Below, in pieces: positions 14,001 through 26,000 of a stretch of DNA of 64,000 nucleotides. Origin of the DNA: Haliotis rufescens. Taxonomy: Eukaryota. The notes under the pieces were generated by a model that saw only the letters and a list, made by a program, of their open reading frames with translations, did no database searches and was not told the DNA's origin. A program made the translations under genes and the position numbers. Numbering within the stretch: the first letter of the stretch is position 1; each line of letters begins with the position of its first letter. Where the stretch lies: positions 1,364,001 to 1,428,000 of the forward strand of contig NW_025963990.1 in the NCBI RefSeq assembly GCF_023055435.1, given 5' to 3'.

Positions 14001-17000
14001 CATTGGAAAGACCAATGTGCTACAGCTTGTAGATGTTTACCAATTTGGTGAATCCCGCGACTGGGTATTCATGACATTGGTATACAATCACTTTAGGAGA
14101 CATGGGAATCTTGTTACATAGATGTTTTTACTTTTTGGTGTAAATATTCACTTGGAAAAAATGTTAAGCGACCTCAGCTATTTTGTCATGAGCTTAGCCC
14201 CAAATCTATGGCATAGAAACCAAAACATGTGCTATTTCCTGAAAGGGTATTTCTTTGTCGATTAATAGGGTCAACAATCATGGCATCTGCAGTTATTTAT
14301 TTATTGAGACAGTTATGGCTGGTACGTTGTAGCAAAAACAATGACCGTTATGCTCCCAACATGACTTCCTGGGACGATATTGTCAATAACGTGTATGACA
14401 GCCACATCCCCGGATGACCGCATCAGCCGTCCTCCTCATGGCCCCAGTCTCATGCTGTACATTTTGCCATCACGGTGTATTGCCTGTAGATTTACTACTG
14501 TAGGTACAGCTTCTGCAACTTGTTCCCCGCGGTGCTCCAGATGTGTTCCAGCGTGTTGAGATCTGGGCCAAGGGATAGTCGTTGTGGCATTCAACTGTGG
14601 AACTGAGGTTTTCCTCATCAGTTTGCCGATTTTTCTCTGCCAATCTTTTCATAACCAAATAGTGGTAACCAAACTGACGACTGACATCTTTGTAGGACAT
14701 TCCTTTTAGCCATACCTATTATTCGCCTCCTTTCGCCGTCAGACCATGTATATAATGAAATAGCATAACAGTAGTGCATGTTAGTCAAGTGTATTTTTAA
14801 AAAACTTACTGGTGGTGGCAAATAATGCATTTTTGGTCTTGAAAATGGCATCTACAAGATTCTTTACTTCCAGGCCAACACTGAAAACCAAGATGCATCC
14901 AAATTATTACATTTCCCAAAATACAAACGATCTAAGACTTGATATTTGAATCCATAGCTTGGTGACTTCATAAAAAAAGATACTCACAGGATGACGTTAC
15001 TAGCGACTGTAGAAATGGCCTGTTTGGGGTCATTGTTGAAGGTCCTAAAGCTATCAGCGATAGCCTTGATAGCCTGAGAAATCATCTTCCCTGCCCTGGG
15101 TATTATAATCGTCACTGTCTCCATCAGTTCCTGAAATGGACAGCATAGCAATGTTCATGTCCTTGTAGAAAAAGGTTCTCCTTCAGTTTTTAAATAAAAA
15201 AACCTAACAGCATTCAATCCCTAATCTTTCTGAAACATGTTGTGATAATTTAACTTTTTTCACTTCAGCAAAACCTAAACCTAGCAAGGAGCCATTTGTG
15301 TGAGGCTCTGATATATGCAAAATTACGTCTTTTAGCCATAGCTGCTAGCGAGTTTGAACTCGATTTTGATTCAGCACCAGACTTGTTCACATGGATTTTA
15401 TGAAAAACCTTTGGGCTTTCTCGCACATTAAGCTCACACATACGCCGTTGTTAAACTGAAGTATTGTCTGAAGCCGCTTCCAACCCACCCATTAACTCAT
15501 AGTACCCTAGGCACACGGACCAACTACCACCCTGCCTAAGTGATATCCAATTATGATAGGGTAACTTTCTGATACCTCAATTACGTTATATAAAGTACTT
15601 CTATATACTCGTGGACATGGCACTATAATAATATTTTACAGAAATTATGCTCAAATAGAATTATTACGGGTGGCGTTTTGACAAGGTATTCCAGAAAACA
15701 CAAGTATTGTGGAATGACATACATTGTAAAAGCTGAGCACCGATGACTTGACTTCCTTGTAAAGATTTGTGATTCTCAATACAAGGTTCCGGGCAGGTTT
15801 AGCAAAGGGAGGCAACTGCTTTTCATCCAGCTGGCCAAAGGCTTCCATAGCGTCGGATGCCTTCTTTCCAACACTGACAACCTGTATCATACCATCCATA
15901 CATTAACATTACCATATCACATTACAAATAAGGAAATAGTAGTAAAGATCCACATGTGGTTTGTTTCCAATGTGTGCAACTGTAATAAATATCCCAGTCG
16001 TTGTTCATTACGAAATATTACACGACTCAGGAAATAAGATTGTAGTCAAACTTGTCATGACATCTCCACATAATTTCACTTTAAACTCATGCCTGAATTT
16101 TCTGTTGAAAATATACTTTGCGAAACTTTGTCTTCGGAGGCGCACGAGAGCAATACCATTACTTAAAAATTCTTAGGACGTAATTTCACTCGCTGAATTA
16201 ACTTCAGAGAACGCATATGAATATAATGCAAGAACGGACCGCCCCCTTAATACATAGGTAAATTAAAGCAAAATTTTATTAATGTTAAAGTTAACAAATA
16301 TGTAGACATTGCATCGATGTATAGAGCGTGACAACATTTGTTCCTGAAAAGTGATCTGGGACCATGGTACCAAATTAATACAATTGTTTTTTTTACTTGC
16401 CCGTGAAGAGATCACCCATTTAATAAACCTACATCTGTATTACGCATTGTTTAATACCAAAACGCATGCTTATGTACTTTCGGAACAAGTTTCACGAACA
16501 AATATTGAAAGCTCTCAGCATCCCTTGGCTTAATCAACGACATTGCGTGTAGAGATGATAGATCACTGAGAGGAGCGGTTATCTCCCATTATTTACAATT
16601 GTCACACAAATGTCGCCAAGCTGGAGTTTTAGCACAAATGTTATTGTGAAACGTAATGATATGACTAAAAGGCAACTAATCTGTATTGAATGTATGGTTA
16701 TTCTGTGTACAACATTATATATGAAACAATACGCTATTCTTTGGTGAATATATCAGATGTATATAATCTGAAATTGTTAAACTATCACTGTCAATAGACA
16801 CTGAATGCGTTTTACAGTGAACATATTTCAGATTTTATGTGATATACAAGGGCTAGCTGAAAAGTTCTAAGCCTAAGTGGGATATCTCAATCGGATTGAA
16901 ACAAACTTTTGCCACCAAGAAGTACAGTCATTCAATGAATCATAGACATTCAAGAACATGTAAGAACTGCGACTGTAGTGTTATTATTGTCTTTGTACCA

Positions 17001-20000
17001 GACCATCTTATGAACCTACACATTGAAATCACCAGAAATGGACAAAACTGGCTATAGGGCAGTCATCAAGTACCTGCACCTGAAAGGGCTAACTCCAACA
17101 CAGATACATGCTGCCCTGGTCTGCACTTTAGGGGATGATGCCTCTTCTTTTTCCACCGTAAAGAAGTGGGCTGCGGAATTCAAGCGTGGCAGAGAGAGCC
17201 TTGACGATGACCCGCCTCCAGGAAGGCCTTCAACAGCAACCATTCCGGAAAACGTTACCCGGATGCATGACATGGTGATGGCTGATCGACGATTGACCAC
17301 TCGACATATTGCCAGTCTTGTGGGCATCTCTCATGAGAGGGTTGAGCACATTATCACCAACAAGTTGGGAATGACAAAAGTTTCTGCAAGATGGGTGCCA
17401 AAGCTTTTGACAGCGGTTCCGAAACGTGTCAGATTCCTGACGTCCCGTGACAATTTATGCCGTTTTGAAGCAGATCCCGATGATTTTTTAGCCCGATTTG
17501 TAACCATGGATGAGACCTGGATTCAACCAGAAACCAAAATTCAGTTAAACAATTGAGGCATCCGGAATCACCAGCCCCCCCCAAAAGCCAAGTTGGTTCC
17601 TTCTGCTTGAAAGGTGATGGCTTCAGTCTTTTGGGATTCCAAGGGTATTCTTCTGATTGACTATCTTGGAAAAGGCCAGACTATCAATGGAAGAGTGAGT
17701 GAGTGAGTGAGTGAGTTAGTGAGTGAGCATGGTTTTACGCCGCTTTTAGCAATATTCCAGCAATATCACGGCGTGGGACACAGGAAATGGGCTTCACACA
17801 TTGTACCCATGTCAGGAATCGAGCCCGGGTCTTCGGCGTGACGAGCGAACGCTTTAACCACTAGGCTACCCGACCGTCAATGGACCGTCAATTATATCAA
17901 TGGAAGATATAATGCTGACCTACTGAGACAGTTTCGTGAAGCTATCAAAGCTAAGCAACGGGGAATGCTCAATAAAGGAGTCCTATTCCACCAAAACAAT
18001 GCTCTTGTTCACAAATCGGGGGTTGCCATGTCAGCGATCCATGATTGTGCCTTTGAACTCATTGACCATCCCCCTTATTCACCCGATTTGGCCACGTCAG
18101 ACTTCCACCTGTTTCCAAAAATGAAAAAGGAACTAGCCGGTCGCCAATTTCCTAGTAATGATGACGTCATTTCAGCTGTGAATGACTTTTTTAGGGTGGC
18201 CGAAGAAAATTTCTTCTTGCCCGGCATCCACGCCTTGCAGCATCGCTGGCAAAAGTGTGTAAACCTGGAAGGGGACTACCTGTAGAAATAAATGAAAACC
18301 ATCGACTTGGTACGGATCTTTCACAGTAAGGCTTAGAGCTTTTCAGCCAGCCCTCGTACATGAGTTTTTATGTTGTGATTAATTATTAAATATGACCTCA
18401 GTGTTACCACAACTCAGCAGTATTACCTTCAAAGAAAACATGTGAATCGAAAACGTCTGATGCCATTGCAAATATGCAACATCAGCTACAGTACATCATT
18501 TCCTACCGAAAGATTATAGTGACGTGAAAATATTAAAAATATGACAAAATTAGGTTTCTTTGTGTTGGCGAAATTTACCCAACTATTTGTTAAGTTAAAA
18601 TGTTTCTTGTTAAATCACTAAAAGTTGCAATTTCAAGTTTTATTTTTGTTTATTCAACAGGACCAAAAGGGGTACACATTTTGATAATGACCCATATGCA
18701 GTACAGGATTACCTGTCTACTTTTCTTGGATCACTCCATTCTAATACTTAGGTAACACGGGGTAGACCAGCCAGTGCCTTCACCCATGACCTATGTTGTT
18801 TTAAGGTGTGTGACAAATGGGACGTGTAACTAATGGGAGGATACCAGAGGAGCTTATACACACTCGATGACCCCAGCAAGCGTGTTGCTAGGCTGACGTC
18901 ACATGGCATTGTTTCGCCGATGGATCTAGCAACAAAATTCCACAAATTACGTCAGCAGGTATTGTGACGTGATTGTAAACTTTGTGGTGCAGGGTCCCGT
19001 TCCACAAGGCGATCGTACTGTAGAGCAAAGACTGTAATAAGTCTATGTAGATGTTACGATAACCTTAGCGCTACGATAACTTTGTGGAACGGACGCGTGA
19101 ATTCTAAAGGTGGGCCGTTGAATATTATTAAATTAATACGTTTCAACTTTGAAGTATTACCCTTTTAAACTCAATTGGATTATGCCGTGGATCGTGTAGG
19201 TGTCAGCCTATTTACACATGACAGTATAATTCTAAAAACGTTATATATGTCAAGCAATAAATAAAATAAATAATAAATAAAATACTAAACTCGCTCCCGT
19301 GTAAAACCAACTTTATTGGAACTCGTGAATAGTTGGGGTATTTGACCCGCTTTAGCTTGTCAGATACCACAACTATTGACTCGTTTCATAAAATTGGTAT
19401 TAAAAACATTTTCATAATCACATGACATTTCTACTAAAAGTTTGTTGTACAGTTCCGACAGTATCATGAGCTTGTAGTTATTAATCACTATCAAATAGTG
19501 ATGATATCAGGTGTTCTAAAAAATATGTGTATCCTTCAAAGGCAAGTCAATTGTTTCGCCTGAGAAAACACGGGAACGTATGGTTCAAATCAAACCCAAG
19601 AGACGAACACTCAACCTTATCTGGCAGCTCCTCCAGTGATTGCCTGAAACCATTTATCATGTTAGCAAACGAGAAGTCTCCTCTGACGATACTAAAAAAC
19701 AGGTCCAGACTTTTGCCTAGAGCGCCAGCAGCACCACCTTTAACAGCATCGTAGATCTCAACCAGTCTCTTGAGGTTGTCCACGCCGTACTCCTGCAACA
19801 GGGAAATGTAGAAGTGCACAATTTAAAGTAAACCCTAAAAAGATATCTTTGCAAATCACATAATTACATGAATAAGACATATTCTCTTTTAAACATGTTG
19901 TCAGATTTAATTTGATCTGATATTATCCTTGTCGGCATTTTGACTATGAATTGTCTTCCCATCACACTGTAGGGCACCAGACCTCTTGACTAATAATGCA

Positions 20001-23000
20001 ACTGAGCATATACATATAATAATGATTCAAACTAGAACAGGACGCTAGACATTGAAAACATTATGGGTAAACTCTTCAAATGGTAAACACAAGAGAGAGA
20101 ATTTCTATATGATGAAGAACACCGCGTTTCGCTGTATATGCTTACTCCTTCATTAGGTGAATGAATACTAGGACTCAACGAGCATATAATATGTACACAT
20201 GAAGATAAAAGTAATAAGATAGTAAAGGTGGAAAGGTTAACGAACGAAGTCAGCAGTTAATTAGCGCCCATTGGTGATTAGAAATGGACAAATGGAAGTC
20301 AGGAGTTCAATTAGAATTGTATAATAAGCTATGGTCAATTAGAGGCAGGGGTTAAGTACACTGATTTGTAATTAGCAATGGACAAATGAAAGCCAGCTGG
20401 ATGAATAAGAGTAGTTGGTAGCCCCGTTCTGGAACCGCTCCAGGCTTCTGATTGGGCGGTTTCTGTGATGACGTCACTTCCGGTTTCGGTTTTGTCACGT
20501 GCCTGCGCATGCGCGAAGGTGGCATTGTGGGTCATGTGCGCGCATCCAAGATGGCGACACTTCCGTTTCAGGTGGCGCGTGCCTCCAAGATGGCGGCATT
20601 TCCGTTTCTGGGAGGCGTGCCCACATCCAAGATGGCGGCACGTCCGTTTCCGAGGGGCCATCTCCCCATCCAAGATGGCGACACGGCGTCTCCAAGATGG
20701 TGGGAGGAGGGAGGGCGGGATGACGGGTAGGCGGGAGGAGGGAGGAGGTTTTTTTGTTTTTTTTTCGGTTTGATGGGTGTGTGGGTGGGTGGGTGGTTGT
20801 GGTGGTGGAGAGGGTAGTCAAGGCAATGGATGAAAGCGTTCTTTTGGGAGAGATGGGTGGCCCTGAAAAGGGACGTTTTGTAGAAGAAGTAGATTACTTC
20901 TTCTCCCACAAAGGGGCTGTTCTACAAAGGCAGGGATGGCCTGCCACCTGTCTCCTGACAGGACACTTACTGGTGTGGCATAGTCGCCGCACGTAGGTGT
21001 CCTTCAGGACAGTGTTCCAATAGATGCACTGAAATGTGCCATCGTGTTCCCTTGTGCCATGCGCATAGACTGGCAGGCACCCTTTGTACTTATTGCATTG
21101 CCATGGAGGAATGTGTTCCAAGTCCCAGCGGCAGTCTTTGCACAGTGTCAAAGGGTGCGCAACTGAAACCAGATCCAAATCCCAATTTTCTTCATTAGTT
21201 TGCATGATGATGACGATCTCATGGAATGCAGTGTGAGTGGCTTCGCTCTTGTTTTACAGAAAAGGGACTGACACCCTGCTTCCTGATTGGTCCAACACGC
21301 AGCGCACCGATTGGTTCCTTCCGGTGCCTGGTCTGAGTCTCAGTTTTCAAAACTGGACCGACCCTTGTGTCTCTTTTTCATAGGAAATGGATTTTACCAT
21401 GGGAGAGAAAGCACAACTCGGCTCGGGTGCTGTCTTTTGATTGGTCGGTGCTGTCTTCTGATTAGTCGAAAACCCAAGCCTCTGATTGGTCAGGTTTCGA
21501 TCCTGTTTTGGGGAAGGTTTGTCTATAAATCAGACGTTCAGTCAATCTTATAGTGCAGACGTTCATCAGGCACTCATCGCCATTATGACGAGCAAGCAGA
21601 ATGATACGTACCATTTGCAGAGGAAAGACACAACTCGACCCAGATGGTTAAGAACCATACGTATCGTTTGACATTCAACCCAGACTACTTGGAAACCGTA
21701 CCCCCGGACCGCGTCCCCATTGAACTGCCGTCTTTATTTGACAGGGTGATCGATGACTGTTATCAACAGATGTCAGGCCAGAAGCGGGATCGTACTTGTC
21801 AAGATATCGACCACCCCGCTGTGAACACTCCCATACGGATTCCCTTTCGGCGCTTTGAAGATCTTCATTGCCTAGATATCTTGCATGCTGTGGAAAAAGT
21901 CCAACAGTCCAACAATGCCACCATGGTTGTGACTTCAGTACACGTAGCAGATCCCGACAGGCTAGGATCAACGACAACGTAGACGACGATCCTGATGGAG
22001 AAGCTCAACTCACTTCCATGCAGCGTGAATGTAGTGCCTATCGCCACAACAATAAGCTGTAACAGTGGTCAAGTGATGTGTCATCTCTGTTTCAGGGAGG
22101 CCATAGACTGTACCTATTTTACTGATGAGGCGTCCCAAACATGTTTGGAACCTATTTGGGTCAATATGATGAAGGACCATATCTTATGGTGACCCCATCT
22201 TCACTCGAAGAGGCTGAACATGAAAGAGGAAAGGTTTCGCGTTGTTGTAGGGACATGCAAAGCACTCCCTCCTCAGTTGTCTTTTCGCATTTCCTATGTA
22301 TCTGGTTGTTCTTGTTGTTCATTATTAAACATTGATTGATTGAACTGACTCTTTGTGTCTTGATTGGTCTCGAATTCAATAGGGTGCTGAACCGAGGGTA
22401 GAGGCTGAGTTGAGTTTGTCAAGTTTGTGCACATGCTTGTTGAAAAAGTAAAGAATTAAAAGATAGATAAAATAGATAAAAGAGAAAGGACATGCTTGAA
22501 AGATCAGCTGCCTGGTGTCAGTCATCCCAGTACTTCACATATGACGTCAAGTGGTGATAATGATAATGATGAAGAGGTCATTTCCTCCCCGTCCCCTGTC
22601 TGTCATGTCTGTGCACATGTTCGTTGTAAAAGTTAAGAAAAAAATATAGAAAAAAATAGATAAAAGAGAAAGGCCATGCTTGAAAGATCAGTTGCCTAGT
22701 GTCAGTCACCTAGAACACAGGATAGAGTCTTATCACATCGTCAGTGACACGCAAGATTTCATGGAGTCCACATCGTGTTCAGACTGTTGTAAGACATTTT
22801 CTAGAAGAGATGTCTTACTTCGTCATAAAAAACACGTCCATGGCTTATCACCAACACTATCACCTATGAGACCAGAGACATCACCGTCGCCTCCGCCGCT
22901 GCCGCGGTGTATGGGGAAAAGACGGTGTATGAATGCCATGCCACCATCAGGGATGTCCCGATACCGAGTGGGTTTCTGAAAAGGCGAGAGAAGAAGGACG

Positions 23001-26000
23001 AGGTGACCGTGTTATCTGTTATTGCTGCGGTGTGACACTCTGCCAATGGAAAGCCACAGACAAACCCTGGAAGGAACATCTGAAGCACGCCAAAGTCCCC
23101 TGCGAATACTTGTGTGTGTTTTGTCCTGATGGAGAAGTGAACGAAAAATACAGACGTTTGTTGTCTGAAGAAGCACAGAAGAGAAGAGTGGAGTGTCTTG
23201 TTCACTCCTAGTGACAAAGTTTCCTGTTCACTACGTTTTTAGGAATGTACAGACGTACAAACCCTAGTGGCTTATCACCTAGTGTTCACAAAAAATCACA
23301 GGTACGCCCCTAATCCTGTGACTTTTGTTTTGTTCTGTTGGTTCACGTGAGCGGGGGATTAAACAGTTGAACAAACATAAGTGTTGTGTTGTCTTTTTTT
23401 TTAGGATGAAGAAAAATAACAAAATAGGATCGAAATGCACACCCAAGAAAAAAAAGGATCGAAGTCTGACCAAACAGTGACCGAGCTCATATCGTGCTGG
23501 GCTCTGATTGGTCGAACTGAGGTTGTGCTTTCTCTCCCATGGTAAAATCCATTTCCTATGGAAAAGAAACACAAGGGTCGGTCCGTTTTGGAAAACCGAG
23601 GTGCAGACCAGGCGCCGGAACGAACCAATCGGTGCGCTGCGTGTTGAACCAATCAGGAAGCAGGGTGTCAGTCCCTTTTCTATAAAACAACAGCGAACCC
23701 ACACACTGTATTCAATGAAATCAACTATGTCGTCTCGACACAGCTGCATGAAGTGTCAGACCGACAGTCACAGTTACCTGTACTGCCCTGAAGTGACATG
23801 TACCGAGTGCCACACTCAAGGTCACCGCCACTATGTCTGTCCGAGGATAAGCAGTCAAGATAAGCAGAAAACTCCCCAGGGGCCATGTCAAAACTGTCAA
23901 GTCGTGGGTCATTTCGCTGCAGATTGTCCAGAATCCAGTCGAAAGAAGACTTCCCAGGGCCCATGTTACAACTGCCAAGTCGTGGGTCATTTCACTGCAG
24001 ATTGCCCAGAGCCCAGTCGAAAGAAAACTTCAGCAGCGCCGTCCATGTCGACACCGGTGACACCAGTGACACAAGTGATACAAGTGCTTCATCTCATAGA
24101 AGTCATGCATATCGATGTCCGTGCCCTAAAAGAATGCATCGCACATCTCCACGCGGGCATCACACCTCGTCTAGGGAAAAGAAAACGGGACAGAAGCCCC
24201 TCAAGAAAGCACCCTTCAAAGCGCCAACGACGTCATCAGTCTGAGGAGGAGGAGGAGATGGAGGATGAAGGAGATAGATAATCTGAGCAAAGTGACTAAC
24301 GAATGGGACCTGCTGCTCCACTGTTTTTCCAGTTTCCAATCGTTTCCAGTTTCCAGTTTTTCCAGTGTTCCTACATTTTCCTGCTGTTTCCAGTTTCCAG
24401 TTTGTTTTCCAACGGCCCTTTTTAGGGCCACCAATCACTCCCGAAAGAACGCTTTCATCCATTGCTTTGACTACCCTCTCCACCACCAACCCCACGCATG
24501 ACCCACAATGCCCCCTTCGCGCATGCGCGGTCACGTGACGAAACCGAAACCGGAAGTGACGTAATCACAGAAACCGACCAATCAGAAGCCAGGAGCGGCT
24601 ACCAACTACTAATGAGCCTTGAGGGATAGATGGTGGCACAGATTAATTAATCGATTCCCAAGTCCCAAGTTCTAGGTTCCCTGGTCACGGTTCATGGCTG
24701 GCAAGTATCACCCGATATCAATGGCGTCTTGTAGTTTCATTTGACGTCAGTTGTTGTTGGTGTTGGATAGGACTTTGGTAGCTTTCCACATGATGGTATG
24801 GTCTTGGTTCTGATGAGGGCCCTGGTAGGGTGTGGTGATTCTGAATAAGTGATTGAGTATGGTGTTACAGTGCTAGAAATAGTCTTCACACATTTTACTC
24901 ATGTGGGGAATCGAACGTCGGCTGCGAGCGAACACTTTAACCACTGGGCTACCCCCACCGTTTGCGTCTTGATTTGGAGTTCTTGGGGGAGAAGGGTAAC
25001 TGTTGAAGGGAGTGAAGGGTTTCTTGAGAGCATCAGGATGGCAAACAGATTTAGCACGTCGGGTGAGGCTGGCGATGATAGCTTGTTTTATCTTGGGATG
25101 GTGGCAAGAGTTGAAGTGGATGTACTGGTCTATGTGTGTGTGTCGTCGTGCGGTACACTGATGTTCTTAGGCCATCATCTGTGGTTTGGAGGTACACGTC
25201 TAGGAAGGGAAGTTGTTGATTACTTTCGGTCTTCATGGTGAACTGGACTCTCTGGTGTTGGGTGTTGAGATGTTTGAGGCGCTCTGTCAGTCGTTTGGTG
25301 GGCTATGGAGGTGAATATGTCATAACATACCAGCAGAGGGGATTTACTTTGTTCTTCTTAATAAAGAAGTTCTATTAATGCTCTCTCTTATGTAGGAAAG
25401 ATAAAAGGTACACGTTACATGTACATGTTCACAGGATGTGGGTAATTCACTACATGTACTCGTTATCCTGGTTTACCATAAACGTACAAATTGTGGTATT
25501 CCTAAATTGCAGTGTGAAGTCAAGAGGAATAGTTTAAAGTGAGAAGACTTAGGATGATTTTAACAGTTTGGGAGCATTTGAGATATGCCATTTGAGATGT
25601 GCCTGTGGCATTTGAGATGTACCATATCTTAAATGCCACAGACAAAAGCTGTTTTTTAACTTTTAACTGATCAGACTAGATCACACAGAAGTGCGATTTA
25701 TCAGGCTGCTTTGTCAAGTCACCTGCAGCATGTTAAGGTTGTAAGCAGCCCCTCCCTTGAAGCAGATCCTCGCCGAAAAGAAATCCTGGTTGATGCCCAT
25801 GAAGCCAAGGTGGATGCGGGCGTATGCTTCATCGTGGATGTTCACTCGCATGTGTCCACTCAGAGGCGCTGTAACATGCAGTGATCATATGCAGTATATG
25901 TGGATGAAAATCATTTGTTCCATGATTTGGAGGAACATGAAATACACGAAATGTTTCAAACTGTCCTTATGTGGAGAGATAGATAATTTGAAAACTCGGA

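Larger units (their letters stand above)
20410..24610. mobile_element. Non-autonomous Polinton/Maverick-type element (4.2 kb)
   Basis: Ends AGTAGTTGGTAGCC ... GGCTACCAACTACT; TIRs about 20410-20878 and 24411-24610; flanks aataag / aatgag (6-bp TSD, one mismatch); contains a pPolB N-terminal-like ORF; no integrase, ATPase or capsid ORF seen. Confidence 0.8.
20100..25330 (-). mobile_element. Penelope-like retroelement relic split by the Polinton-like insertion
   Basis: [12 protein letters not shown]...VYR (RT thumb, 25051-25236); degenerate GIY-YIG C-terminus [16 protein letters not shown] (about 24680-24740); degenerate hammerhead at 20119-20160. Confidence 0.65.

Noticed and set aside
17810-17875. 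tRNA genes suggested by A/B boxes (also about 10255, 37340, 61420)
   Set aside because: They are SINE heads continuing into SINE body and tail; no full cloverleaf.
20335-20909. Several overlapping ORFs over the left TIR
   Set aside because: GC-rich repeated motifs that lack stops; the peptides just mirror the CAAGATGGCG repeats.
23508-24281. Zinc-knuckle ORF as gag of an LTR or DIRS element; 257-aa length
   Set aside because: No LTRs, PBS, protease, RT or recombinase nearby. The first 69 codons overlap the promoter cassette, so the real start is probably 23715 or 23727.
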